The translations under genes and the position numbers were made by a program. Positions 46,548 to 55,011 of a stretch of 64,000 nt of DNA are shown piece after piece; position 1 is the stretch's first letter, and each line of letters begins with the position of its first letter. Under the pieces are notes generated by a model that was not told the origin of the DNA, searched no databases, and worked only from the letters and a program-made list of their open reading frames with translations. The stretch spans positions 25,290-89,289 of the forward strand of contig CAZTNI010000001.1 of assembly GCA_964615415.1 (NCBI GenBank), written 5' to 3'. This DNA comes from an uncultured Candidatus Saccharibacteria bacterium. GTDB lineage: Bacteria; Patescibacteriota; Minisyncoccia; Phycocordibacterales; SBAW01.

Positions 46548-47009
46548 TCATTGACCTACATATACAACACCGACTTGCTTGCCACTTTTGTTATGGAACA
46601 GCCAGGTACCTTGCTCTTTAAATTTAAATTCCCAAAATTCTCCTGATGAAAGATTTTTGCACGAGTTAAATGCAGACTCGCCACACTCCCCTTCTTCTGG
46701 GTACGGAGGATTATCGATCGAAGAAACTCCTTCGAGCCACAGCTTCCCACCCGAGTTGTTTATAAATCGGATTGTGTCACCTGCGCGCACACGCACTTCC
46801 GACGGCTCAAAACGCGCATCGGAAAGAGAGACCAGATGTTCAAACCCGCCTTGACTTGAAGCAGGATTAGACGGCAACTCCGTTGTGATATTTTCCTCTT
46901 CCACAGGCAAAGGAGTAAGACTCGGCAAAAATATCCACGCAACAAAAAATGCAACACCTCCTAAGACAAGAAGAATGATAAGGGGGAGATATTTTTTAAC
47001 ATCCCACAT
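46548..47009 (-). CDS. Membrane-anchored cupredoxin-fold protein
   Basis: TM, then FEPSEVRVRAGDTIRFIN...GEFWEFKFKEQGTWLFHN; the type-1 copper Cys/Met ligands are not evident. Confidence 0.75.
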   Translation of the reverse strand: MWDVKKYLPLIILLVLGGVAFFVAWIFLPSLTPLPVEEENITTELPSNPASSQGGFEHLVSLSDARFEPSEVRVRAGDTIRFINNSGGKLWLEGVSSIDNPPYPEEGECGESAFNSCKNLSSGEFWEFKFKEQGTWLFHNKSGKQVGVVYVGQ

Positions 47010-47025
47010 GCTTGTTCCATTATGG

Positions 47026-47062
47026 CACTGTAAAAACCCTCATACGAGGGTTTTCAACAGTG
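47026..47062. terminator. Terminator after tRNA-Arg(CCG)
   Basis: CACTGTAAAAACCCTC-ATAC-GAGGGTTTTCAACAGTG hairpin. Confidence 0.7.
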
Positions 47063-47074
47063 AGGACACCTATG

Positions 47075-47146
47075 TCCTCTCGGCAAGAATCGAACTTGCA
47101 TCTCCTCCTTCGGAGGGAGGCGTTCTATCCATTGGACTACGAGAGG
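47075..47146 (-). tRNA. tRNA-Arg(CCG)
   Basis: CCTCTCG/CGAGAGG acceptor, CCTCC-CTCCGAA-GGAGG arm. Confidence 0.93.
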
Positions 47147-47159
47147 GACCCGTGGAGTC

Positions 47160-47405
47160 TTATTGGGTCTTCAGAAGCCGAGCCACGCCCGCCTTCCGGC
47201 GTGCAGCGGTGTTCTTCTTTATAAGGCCACGCTTCATTGCCTTGTCGATAGCCTGGTATGCAGCTGCGAGTGCAGCGGCGTCCCCTTTGTTTGCAGAGCG
47301 AGCTGTCTTAAGAGCAGTGCGCAATGCAAAACGGCGCGAGTCGTTCATAGACTTGCGGCGGCGGCTTTGGCGGTGTGCCTTCTTTGCTGACTTTGTTATT
47401 GCCAT
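47160..47405 (-). CDS. rpsT: 30S ribosomal protein S20
   Basis: MAITKSAKKAHRQS...IDKAMKRGLIKKNTAARRKA. Confidence 0.96.
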   Translation of the reverse strand: MAITKSAKKAHRQSRRRKSMNDSRRFALRTALKTARSANKGDAAALAAAYQAIDKAMKRGLIKKNTAARRKAGVARLLKTQ

Positions 47406-47469
47406 GACAGGCAGAATACATTGAAAAGAGGTATTCCGCAAGCCGGCCCCTCCAGATTATAGTTAAGGC

Positions 47470-48060
47470 ATGATCGGGAAGCTTACGGGACGATTTGACG
47501 GCACCACCCCAGACGGCACCGCTCTTATTAATGTACATGGGGTAGGCTACGCCGTCCGGGTACCCGTCGGTTCCCTTCTTGACCTTAAAGCCGCATCCGG
47601 AGAAATCTCTCTCTATATACATACAGCAGTACGGGACGACGCTATCGACCTGTATGGGTTTACTGCAACCGAAGAACTCATATTTTTTAAACAATTAATG
47701 AGTGTCTCGGGTATTGGCCCCAAAACAGCCATCAATATTCTTAATGTGGCTGATGTCACCACCCTCAAAAACTCTGTTGCTCGTGGCGACAGCACGGCCC
47801 TCACTAAAGTGTTCGGTATTGGCAAAAAGAGTGCAGAGCGTATAGTAGTCGAACTGCGAGACAAACTTGCACAGGAAGTAGGAACAGCTGGCATTGGTAT
47901 TCCTGCGGGCGATGATGGCGAAGTTCTTGAAGCCCTCATGTCGCTCGGGTATAAAGCAGACGAAAGTAGAAAGGTATTGAAAGAAATCGGCCCTGCAAAA
48001 GAATTTTCTACTCGCGAGCGCATTGCTCAAGCACTCAAACACTTAGGTTCGCGCATGTAA
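47470..48060 (+). CDS. ruvA: Holliday junction branch migration protein RuvA
   Basis: MIGKLTG, GVGY, LYGF, VSGIGPK, GIGKKSAERIVVELRDK, ALMSLGY. Confidence 0.97.
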   Translation: MIGKLTGRFDGTTPDGTALINVHGVGYAVRVPVGSLLDLKAASGEISLYIHTAVRDDAIDLYGFTATEELIFFKQLMSVSGIGPKTAINILNVADVTTLKNSVARGDSTALTKVFGIGKKSAERIVVELRDKLAQEVGTAGIGIPAGDDGEVLEALMSLGYKADESRKVLKEIGPAKEFSTRERIAQALKHLGSRM

Positions 48061-48065
48061 GTAAT

Positions 48066-49316
48066 ATGAAATCACTACTTAAAAAACTGATCCCCGCTTC
48101 CCTGCTCGACCAGTATCATTTATTTCTTGCAAAGCTTGGCGCACGCATATACCGCCACCCTTCAAAAGAATTACTGGTAATTGGAGTGACTGGCACTAAA
48201 GGAAAATCCACTACCACAGAACTTATTCGGGCTATTTTAGAAGAAGCTGGCCACATGGTCGCTTCAACAAACACCATTCGCTTCGCCATCGGCAAAGAAA
48301 GTCGACCGAACCTTTTTAAAATGTCGATGCCAGGGCGCTTTTTCCTGCAAAAATTTTTACGTGAAGCAGTTACCAAGGGAGCTACCCATGCAGTTATTGA
48401 AATGACGTCTGAAGGCGCAAAGCAGCATCGTCATCGCGGTATCGAGATGGACGCTCTTGTGTTTACCAACCTTGCTCCTGAACACCTCGAGTCGCATGGC
48501 GGCATGGAAGCATATGCAAACGTAAAAATTTCTATCGCAAAACATCTTGCAACATCTTCAAAACGCCCTCGCTACATTGTAGCGAACGCAGACGATAAGT
48601 ACGGAAAACGCTTTTTGGAGGTCGATGTTGAAGAAAAACGCCCCTTCTCTCTGAAAGATGCAGAACCATACAACACGGACGACAAAGCTATTCGGTTTGT
48701 ATGGAAGCGCGAGCTGTTTACTGTTCCCCTGCCCGGCCTCTTTAACTTACAAAATGTGCTCGCCGCATTAACCATGGGAGACGCACTCGGCATCCCGCTT
48801 GAAACCATGAAGCGTGCACTTGAGCATGTATCAACAGTGCCCGGTCGTGCAGAGCGTGTGAACCGCGGCCAGCAATTTACCGTCATTGTCGACTACGCAC
48901 ATACACCAGATTCACTTCGTGCGCTGTACGAAACATTTAAAGGCAAGCGAATTATCGGCGTTATGGGTGCAACCGGCGGTGGCCGCGATCATTGGAAGCG
49001 TCCGGAAATGGGTGCCATTGCTGACGAGTATTGCGACATGGTCATCCTTACCAACGAGGACCCGTACGACGAAGACCCGAACAAAATTATTGCCGATGTT
49101 GCGAAAGGATTTTCTCGCAAAAAGCCGCATGTTATTTTCGATCGTCGCGCAGCTATCCGCGAAGCGCTTCGCGAAGCAAAGCAAGGCGATGCGATACTTA
49201 TAACCGGCAAGGGCACTGACCCGTACATCATGGGCCCACGTGGCACGAAAGAACCATGGAGCGACAAAAAAGTAGCTGAAGAAGAACTTGATAAACTATT
49301 TCCTTCTAAAAAATAG
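48066..49316 (+). CDS. murE: MurE-family UDP-MurNAc-tripeptide synthetase
   Basis: GVTGTKGKST, EMTSEG, FTNLAPEHL, VPGR, VDYAHTPDS, NEDP, GKG. Confidence 0.9.
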   Translation: MKSLLKKLIPASLLDQYHLFLAKLGARIYRHPSKELLVIGVTGTKGKSTTTELIRAILEEAGHMVASTNTIRFAIGKESRPNLFKMSMPGRFFLQKFLREAVTKGATHAVIEMTSEGAKQHRHRGIEMDALVFTNLAPEHLESHGGMEAYANVKISIAKHLATSSKRPRYIVANADDKYGKRFLEVDVEEKRPFSLKDAEPYNTDDKAIRFVWKRELFTVPLPGLFNLQNVLAALTMGDALGIPLETMKRALEHVSTVPGRAERVNRGQQFTVIVDYAHTPDSLRALYETFKGKRIIGVMGATGGGRDHWKRPEMGAIADEYCDMVILTNEDPYDEDPNKIIADVAKGFSRKKPHVIFDRRAAIREALREAKQGDAILITGKGTDPYIMGPRGTKEPWSDKKVAEEELDKLFPSKK

Positions 49317-49334
49317 AAGGATACAATACAGCCT

Positions 49335-49544
49335 ATGGCGGACGATCATAAATCAGATCCATTTGCAGAAGCAAAAAACGTCGCGTACTGGGTAGTTGGA
49401 GTTATGTTGGTGCTTTTGGGTGCCTGGTATTTAAGCGGGGGCCCTGAACGCTCAGACCTGCGCGGCATATTCCTTACTCCTATAACGGGCGAGTCATACG
49501 GACCCACTCTTCCAACCGGACCAACGTCGACCCCTAATCGGTAA
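49335..49544 (+). CDS. Small single-TM hypothetical protein
   Basis: 69 aa, one TM helix, Pro/Thr-rich tail; in an operon-like arrangement. Confidence 0.6.
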   Translation: MADDHKSDPFAEAKNVAYWVVGVMLVLLGAWYLSGGPERSDLRGIFLTPITGESYGPTLPTGPTSTPNR

Positions 49545-49546
49545 TT

Positions 49547-49945
49547 ATGTTTAATCCATTCCCTGATCTCTTAATGTACGGGTTCTTTGCTCCCACCCTT
49601 CTTCGTTTTGCTGCTGCAACTATCTTTGCCTACCTCGCCTACCGACACTTCGAACACCGAGGAAAAGCGTCTCGCATTGTGTTCCCTATTGTAGGCCGCG
49701 GGGTTTGGATCGTATGGTTTGCAATTCTTGCAGAACTCGCAGTTGCTGCTGCGCTGTTTGCAGGATTTTATACACAAATTGCGGCGCTTGTGGGGGCTAT
49801 TATCGCACTCAAACACATTGTGTGGCGCGGCAAGTATCCAGGATTCTTTTGGATTACCCGCAGCGCAGCATTTGTACTCCTTACTGTTTGTCTTTCTCTT
49901 ATACTAAGTGGCGCCGGCGCCCTTGCTTTTGATCTTCCACTTTAG
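49547..49945 (+). CDS. DoxX-like membrane protein
   Basis: LLR, E...AALFAGFYTQIAA, L..GAGALAFD. Confidence 0.75.
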   Translation: MFNPFPDLLMYGFFAPTLLRFAAATIFAYLAYRHFEHRGKASRIVFPIVGRGVWIVWFAILAELAVAAALFAGFYTQIAALVGAIIALKHIVWRGKYPGFFWITRSAAFVLLTVCLSLILSGAGALAFDLPL

Positions 49946-49987
49946 TAGGAATGGGTTAGAGAAATAAGTATTAAAGAGGCTACGCAG

Positions 49988-50039
49988 GCGCGACGGCGCC
50001 GAGTCTGAGCAAATTTCTAGCAAGAAATTATGCGTACTC
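49988..50039 (+). repeat. Structured repeat element (degenerate copy C)
   Basis: GCGCGACGGCGC identical to 39747-39758, followed by GAGT...AATTTCT-AGCA-AGAAATT...ACTC. Confidence 0.5.
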
Positions 50040-50068
50040 TTGAATACTTCATTTCCCAACCTATTCCC

Positions 50069-50536
50069 ATGATTCTCATCCTCCACAACATACGCAGCGT
50101 CCATAACGTTGGATCTATATTCCGCACCGCGGACGCTGCGGGTGTGTCTAAAATATTTTTAACTGGCTACACCCCTACCCCCCTCGATCGCTTTAACCTA
50201 CCCCGCAAAGATTTTGCAAAAGTTTCTTTGGGCGCAGAGAAAACTATTCCCTGGGAATATGCAAAACAATTTGCGCCCGTGGCTAAAAAATTAAAGAAAG
50301 AGGACTACACCATTGCAGCTATTGAACAAGATAAAGACTCTACTTCCCTCTTTGACTACAAACCGCAAGATACAGAAAAACTCGCGCTTGTGTTGGGCAA
50401 CGAAGTGCTTGGTATTTCAAAACTGTCACTCAAACTCTGCGACGTTATTCTAGAGATCCCTATGCGAGGCAAAAAAGAATCCCTCAACGTCTCCGTCGCT
50501 GCAGGCATCGCAATGTTTACTGTTTTGCAAAAATAA
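50069..50536 (+). CDS. TrmH/SpoU-family RNA methyltransferase
   Basis: NIRSVHNVGSIFRTADAAG, LGNEVLGI, IPMRGKKESLNVSVAAGI. Confidence 0.93.
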   Translation: MILILHNIRSVHNVGSIFRTADAAGVSKIFLTGYTPTPLDRFNLPRKDFAKVSLGAEKTIPWEYAKQFAPVAKKLKKEDYTIAAIEQDKDSTSLFDYKPQDTEKLALVLGNEVLGISKLSLKLCDVILEIPMRGKKESLNVSVAAGIAMFTVLQK

Positions 50537-50566
50537 ATCCCGCCGCGAATCGCGGCGGGTATTTTT
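50529..50566. terminator. Bidirectional terminator
   Basis: CCCGCCGCGA/TCGCGGCGGG with flanking A/T tracts. Confidence 0.75.
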
Positions 50567-50825
50567 ATGAGGATGACTTGGGTGCGTCCGGAAAGAAGTG
50601 ATCTCGAACTGAGTGGAAGACACTGCCCGGAAGAGTCTCTTCGAATGTCCTCACCGGCTCCCGAAGAGGCTCGTTCGGATATTCCCCGAGGTTGAGCCGC
50701 GGCGGCTCCTTGCCCGAGAAAAATGTTTCGACAAGAGTTTCAAAGACGCTCGGGGTCTCCTCGAAGGATCTCACCGGTTCTCTCAGACCTCCGTCTTGAG
50801 GATAGATATCAATTCTGTTTTGCAT
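50565..50825 (-). CDS. Small hypothetical protein with internal duplication
   Basis: GGAG SD; LREPVRSFEET and LREPVRTFEET repeats. Confidence 0.55.
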   Translation of the reverse strand: MQNRIDIYPQDGGLREPVRSFEETPSVFETLVETFFSGKEPPRLNLGEYPNEPLREPVRTFEETLPGSVFHSVRDHFFPDAPKSSS

Positions 50826-50937
50826 CAAACACTCCCTTGGTTACCACCAAAGGAACTGTACTCCTTAATGAAGAAACCCGCCAGAGGTCTTGCGACTTGG
50901 CGGGTTAAGCAGGTAGGGCTGCTCAGGCCTACGAGAA

Positions 50938-51279
50938 CTAGAGGTTCGGGAGAACTTCGCGGAGGAACTTCCCTCCGTCATTCGAATGCGGCACGTAGGC
51001 ACCGCGCCGAATATATCCGAAGCTGGTGCCCTGCATCACTTCTCGGAACTTCGCGACAACTGTCTGTTCGTCGAGACTGGGCAGGAAGTTTGCATTGAGG
51101 ACGACCCACGGCTTTCTGTCCTCGTCGTATATCGCGATCACGCCGTTATTGTCGTCGCACGTGAATGGCGACCCTCGGCCGACAAGCTGAGGCTTGCCGT
51201 TCACTGTCTCGGTCGTGCCGAGCGCAGAGAAAAAACCGTAGCCAAGAAGAATCTCTGAAAGCTTCTCATTCGTACCCAT
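50938..51279 (-). CDS. Hypothetical protein (stand-alone cassette)
   Basis: AGGAG SD before ATG 51279; C-terminal GAYVPHSNDGG. Confidence 0.7.
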   Translation of the reverse strand: MGTNEKLSEILLGYGFFSALGTTETVNGKPQLVGRGSPFTCDDNNGVIAIYDEDRKPWVVLNANFLPSLDEQTVVAKFREVMQGTSFGYIRRGAYVPHSNDGGKFLREVLPNL

Positions 51280-51337
51280 CTTGCGTCTCCTAAGACATCT
51301 TGCGGGTAGGCAGAGGCCAATCCTCATACCTAGTACA

Positions 51338-51366
51338 ATTATACACCCAAATTACATATTTGTCAA
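51338..51366 (-). promoter_or_regulatory. Consensus sigma-70 promoter TTGACA-N17-TATAAT
   Basis: Perfect elements; the spacer ends closely resemble those of the promoter at 10518-10546. Confidence 0.8.
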
Positions 51367-51513
51367 GTATATACAAGCCCCGCGAAAAAGCTTCAAAAAT
51401 AGGCACCATTTTGCTATAGTGTGTCAATTGCGCTCCATATCTGCACTTTGCTTGATATGGACGCGCGTTCGGGGCGAAAAGAAAGCGAGAGGCTTTCTTT
51501 TCTTCCTCACTTT

Positions 51514-51587
51514 GCGCCCATAGCTCAGTTTGGTAGAGCGGCTCCCTTTTAAGGAGAAGGTCCTTGGTTCAAATCCAAGTGGGCGCA
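51514..51587 (+). tRNA. tRNA-Lys(UUU)
   Basis: GCGCCCA acceptor, CTCC-CTTTTAA-GGAG arm, GGTTCAAATCC T-arm. Confidence 0.95.
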
Positions 51588-51602
51588 CAAATATCCCTGA
51601 CC

Positions 51603-52163
51603 CTAGAGTTTTAAGGCAAATCGTTCCAGGAGAAGTTCTAGGTCCCCTGCCCCTCTGTGCGAATCGTGGTACAGGAAGGTTAATTCGCGCGAAAGTTTTA
51701 CATCTTGCATCTGCCGCGCCTTCCATGCCAGGAGCCCTGCTACCGCTTCTGCTTTTTCTCCTGCGCGGAGCGCTTCCGTAATCCCGAGCCACAGCTTTTT
51801 CTTATCTCTGGTACCGAGCGCAAAAGTCACTCCAAATGGATCAAATCCCCTCTCCTTTTTTGGTGCTTCTTTTTGTATATCAATGTTTGCACCTGCTTTT
51901 GTCAGGATGTCGGTCGGCCGTTTAAGCAATTTTTCTTCTTTGAAAACGAATGTGTGTTCCGACTCTACAAACACTTCTGCCAAATCTAGAAATTCGTCTT
52001 GCCGTTCACTGTTTATTGCCCCTTCTAAAATAAAAGTGCGTACTCCACCAAAAAGAGCTGTGGTGGATGCAAGCGCGGCAATCTCATCCACCGCCATGTT
52101 CATCCACTTTAATTCTTCCCCTTGCGGAGCCTTGCCTCCGCTGCCAACAATAACGCGCATCAT
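51603..52163 (-). CDS. Putative shortened DNA polymerase III delta subunit (HolA-like)
   Basis: ALFGG, FVFKE, FDPF..TFAL..RDKKKLW, LERFAL pattern; coupled to polA; only 186 aa. Confidence 0.5.
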   Translation of the reverse strand: MMRVIVGSGGKAPQGEELKWMNMAVDEIAALASTTALFGGVRTFILEGAINSERQDEFLDLAEVFVESEHTFVFKEEKLLKRPTDILTKAGANIDIQKEAPKKERGFDPFGVTFALGTRDKKKLWLGITEALRAGEKAEAVAGLLAWKARQMQDVKLSRELTFLYHDSHRGAGDLELLLERFALKL

Positions 52164-54544
52164 ATCTCTAGTTTTTTCATCTCGCCCCAGTTTTTGCCCA
52201 CCTTCCCTTCTGCAATAAATGGAATGCCTCGCGTTTCTTTAATAGAAACAATATTTTCCATAATCTCCTTAATTTTTGGCGCCAAGTAGCCTACCTTTTC
52301 TTCCTCGATCTCAAACACAAGTTCGTCATGTACCTGGAGCAGCAAGTATGCTCCGTCGCGATGCCCTTCTTTTGTAAGCAGTGCGTCAATCTGTATCATC
52401 GCCAGTTTAATAATGTCCGCCTGTGTTCCCTGCATTGGCGCATTAATTGCCATGCGCTCTGATGCTGCACGTACATACGGGATCGGCGACTTAATGCCGT
52501 CAAAATAGCGGCGGCGGCCGAAATACGTCTTTGTGTAGCCCTGGGTTGCTGCGGCAACTTTTACTTCATCTATGTAGGCCGCGAGGCGCGGAAACGCTTC
52601 AAAATATTCGTTATAAAATGCTTGGGCTTCTGCGCGCGTCGTGCCGAGCGCTTCACGCAGCGCATTTACTCCCATGCCGTAGAGGATGCCGAAGTTGATC
52701 ACCTTTGCGCGTCGGCGTTGTTCATACTCCACTTCGCTCGGAGATACATGGAACACTTTTGCCGCAACTTCCGTATGTACGTCGCGCCCATTCTTAAAAA
52801 TTTCTGTAAGCGACTCATCACCCGAAAGAAACGCCGCGATACGAAGTTCGATTTGCGAGTAGTCGAAGGACACTAACTGCATCCCCTGCTCTGCCACAAA
52901 CGCATCACGAATAGCTCGCCCCGCGTCGGTTTTAATTGGAATATTTTGAAGACCCGGATTTTTGGTAGCGATGCGTCCTGTTGCTGCACCCATTTGTATA
53001 AACGTGGTGTGCACGCGACTCTTGTCGTCCAACAATGTAGGCAGGTTATCAATATAGGTCGAGAGTAGTTTCTGTAGTTCGCGATAGCTCAGGATATCCG
53101 CCACGATTGGGTGGAGGTCTTTCATTTTTTCGAGCTCGCTTTCCTTGGTTGAGCGCGCACCTGTTGAGGTCTTCTTTTGGTTTTTTACGATAAGTCCGAG
53201 TTTATCGAACAAAATTTCGCCTAATTGTTTTGGCGAATTGATGTTAAACGTAGTGCCCGCAGCATCATAAATACGTTTTGCAATACTCTCCAACTCTTTA
53301 TGATACTGCTTAGAGAGATCTGTAAGATGATTAGTATCGATAAGCACCCCGCGCTTTTCCATAGCGCGCAATACCGGTACAAGCGGTAGTTCTATTTTTT
53401 CATATACAAACGCAAGCTCTTTCTCTTCTAACTCGGCAAGAATGTTTTTCTTTGCCTCTTCAAATGTTCTGCTGCGACCCACACGATAGATGTCTTCTAT
53501 AGTCGGCTCGGCAATATTCGAGTCGAGTACTGACACTGCTACCGCCATAGCAGCCACCTCTTCCGGAGGTACGTTTTCTTCTATGCCCAACCCCTCGCCC
53601 ATATCTTCAAAGGCATCATCAGCGTCATGCAAACTAAAGAGCCCACGCAGACGCGGAATAAGCGAACGGAACTCGAATTCAGAAAACATAGTAAGCGTCC
53701 TATCTTCGTTAGCGCTGTAGCGCCACTCTTTTTCCGGAAGGACAAACGTAATAGGTACGTCGCGGTGAATCTGTGCCAACGCCTTCGACATCTCTGCCTG
53801 CTCTTTTTGGTCTTTCAATTTTTCTATTATCCCTTTCTTGATCCCCGCCTTCTCTACCCAATCAGGATGCTTTTCGAGTGCTTCGTATACTTTTTCTACT
53901 GATCCAAATTCTTTAATGAGCGTTGTGGCAGTTACTTCGCCAATACCTTTTACACCAGGAATACCGTCTGATGGGTCGCCACGCAAACCTTTGTAGTCAG
54001 GAATCTGCTCGGGACCAAACCCAAAACGCTCTCGTACACCATTCTCGTTATACATAATGGTCTCCGACAAACCCTTTTTAAGGGTGTAGACCATTACACG
54101 GTCGTCATCTACCAGCTGCATCGCATCCATATCGCCCGAAGCAATAATCACTTGCACATCTTTGTGCGTTTTCATGCGCTCCGCGATAGTGCCTAAAATA
54201 TCGTCCGCTTCAAAACCCGGACATTCATACCGATCAATGCCGAACGCATCCAGCACATCGCGGGAACGTTTAATTTGTTCTACCAACGCATCCTCTGCCT
54301 TAGGCCGGTGCGCCTTATATTTTTCGTACGCAATATGACGATGCGTCGGCTGCGGCAAGTCGTAGGCAGCCACAATGTAATCTGGTTTGAGTTCGGTCAT
54401 GATCTTCATGAGCATTGATGCAAGGCCATAGAGCGCTCCGGTTGGCTCGCCCTTACTTGAAGAAAAGTCTGGCAGTGCATGATACGCGCGATGCAAAATT
54501 GCATGCGTATCGAGGACAACTAGTTTTTTTGAAAATTTAGCCAT
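52160..54544 (-). CDS. polA: DNA polymerase I (5'-3' exonuclease plus polymerase; 3'-5' exo region shortened)
   Basis: EADD, GDPSDGIPGVKGIG, DYSQIELR, AKVINFGILYG, QGTQAD, QVHDE. Confidence 0.98.
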   Translation of the reverse strand: MAKFSKKLVVLDTHAILHRAYHALPDFSSSKGEPTGALYGLASMLMKIMTELKPDYIVAAYDLPQPTHRHIAYEKYKAHRPKAEDALVEQIKRSRDVLDAFGIDRYECPGFEADDILGTIAERMKTHKDVQVIIASGDMDAMQLVDDDRVMVYTLKKGLSETIMYNENGVRERFGFGPEQIPDYKGLRGDPSDGIPGVKGIGEVTATTLIKEFGSVEKVYEALEKHPDWVEKAGIKKGIIEKLKDQKEQAEMSKALAQIHRDVPITFVLPEKEWRYSANEDRTLTMFSEFEFRSLIPRLRGLFSLHDADDAFEDMGEGLGIEENVPPEEVAAMAVAVSVLDSNIAEPTIEDIYRVGRSRTFEEAKKNILAELEEKELAFVYEKIELPLVPVLRAMEKRGVLIDTNHLTDLSKQYHKELESIAKRIYDAAGTTFNINSPKQLGEILFDKLGLIVKNQKKTSTGARSTKESELEKMKDLHPIVADILSYRELQKLLSTYIDNLPTLLDDKSRVHTTFIQMGAATGRIATKNPGLQNIPIKTDAGRAIRDAFVAEQGMQLVSFDYSQIELRIAAFLSGDESLTEIFKNGRDVHTEVAAKVFHVSPSEVEYEQRRRAKVINFGILYGMGVNALREALGTTRAEAQAFYNEYFEAFPRLAAYIDEVKVAAATQGYTKTYFGRRRYFDGIKSPIPYVRAASERMAINAPMQGTQADIIKLAMIQIDALLTKEGHRDGAYLLLQVHDELVFEIEEEKVGYLAPKIKEIMENIVSIKETRGIPFIAEGKVGKNWGEMKKLEI

Positions 54545-54983
54545 GGTTTTTTTCTAGCTCAATATACCGTTCTTTCTCACCCGCTCCTTCCGAAGACAAA
54601 GAGATAACAACGTCGGGCGACGGAAGCATCCCCTCTACCCGCTCCGGCCACTCAATACACACCAAAGCACTTGGATCAGACAAAAAAGTTTCTGGCTTGA
54701 GTGTTCGAAATTCCTCTGGCGTATCTAAACGATACGCATCAATATGCACAAAGGTGCGGAACGGCCTCCACGCAATAGGATATGTTTTCATAAGCACATA
54801 CGTTGGACTTTGTACGGTGTCTGTAATTCCAAGCGAAAGCGCGAGGGCTTGTACGAAGGTGGTTTTCCCTGCTCCCAAGTCTCCCCGAAGTGCTACAATA
54901 ACTGCTTCTTTTTTATCCTGAGGGATACTGTCGAGCAGTGCCGCCGCAACACTCTGTAGTTCGTGCAAAGCCACCTTGGTCAT
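54537..54983 (-). CDS. tsaE: tRNA t6A biosynthesis ATPase TsaE
   Basis: LRGDLGAGKTT, SPTY, HIDAYRL, IEWPE. Confidence 0.95.
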   Translation of the reverse strand: MTKVALHELQSVAAALLDSIPQDKKEAVIVALRGDLGAGKTTFVQALALSLGITDTVQSPTYVLMKTYPIAWRPFRTFVHIDAYRLDTPEEFRTLKPETFLSDPSALVCIEWPERVEGMLPSPDVVISLSSEGAGEKERYIELEKNHG

Positions 54984-55011
54984 GTGCCCGTAGTGTACAA
55001 TATATACACGT

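Noticed and set aside
39670-47074. Prophage or integrative element between the two tRNA-Arg genes
   Set aside because: No integrase, phage genes or duplicated tRNA 3' end (att) was found; treated as a variable surface-protein island.
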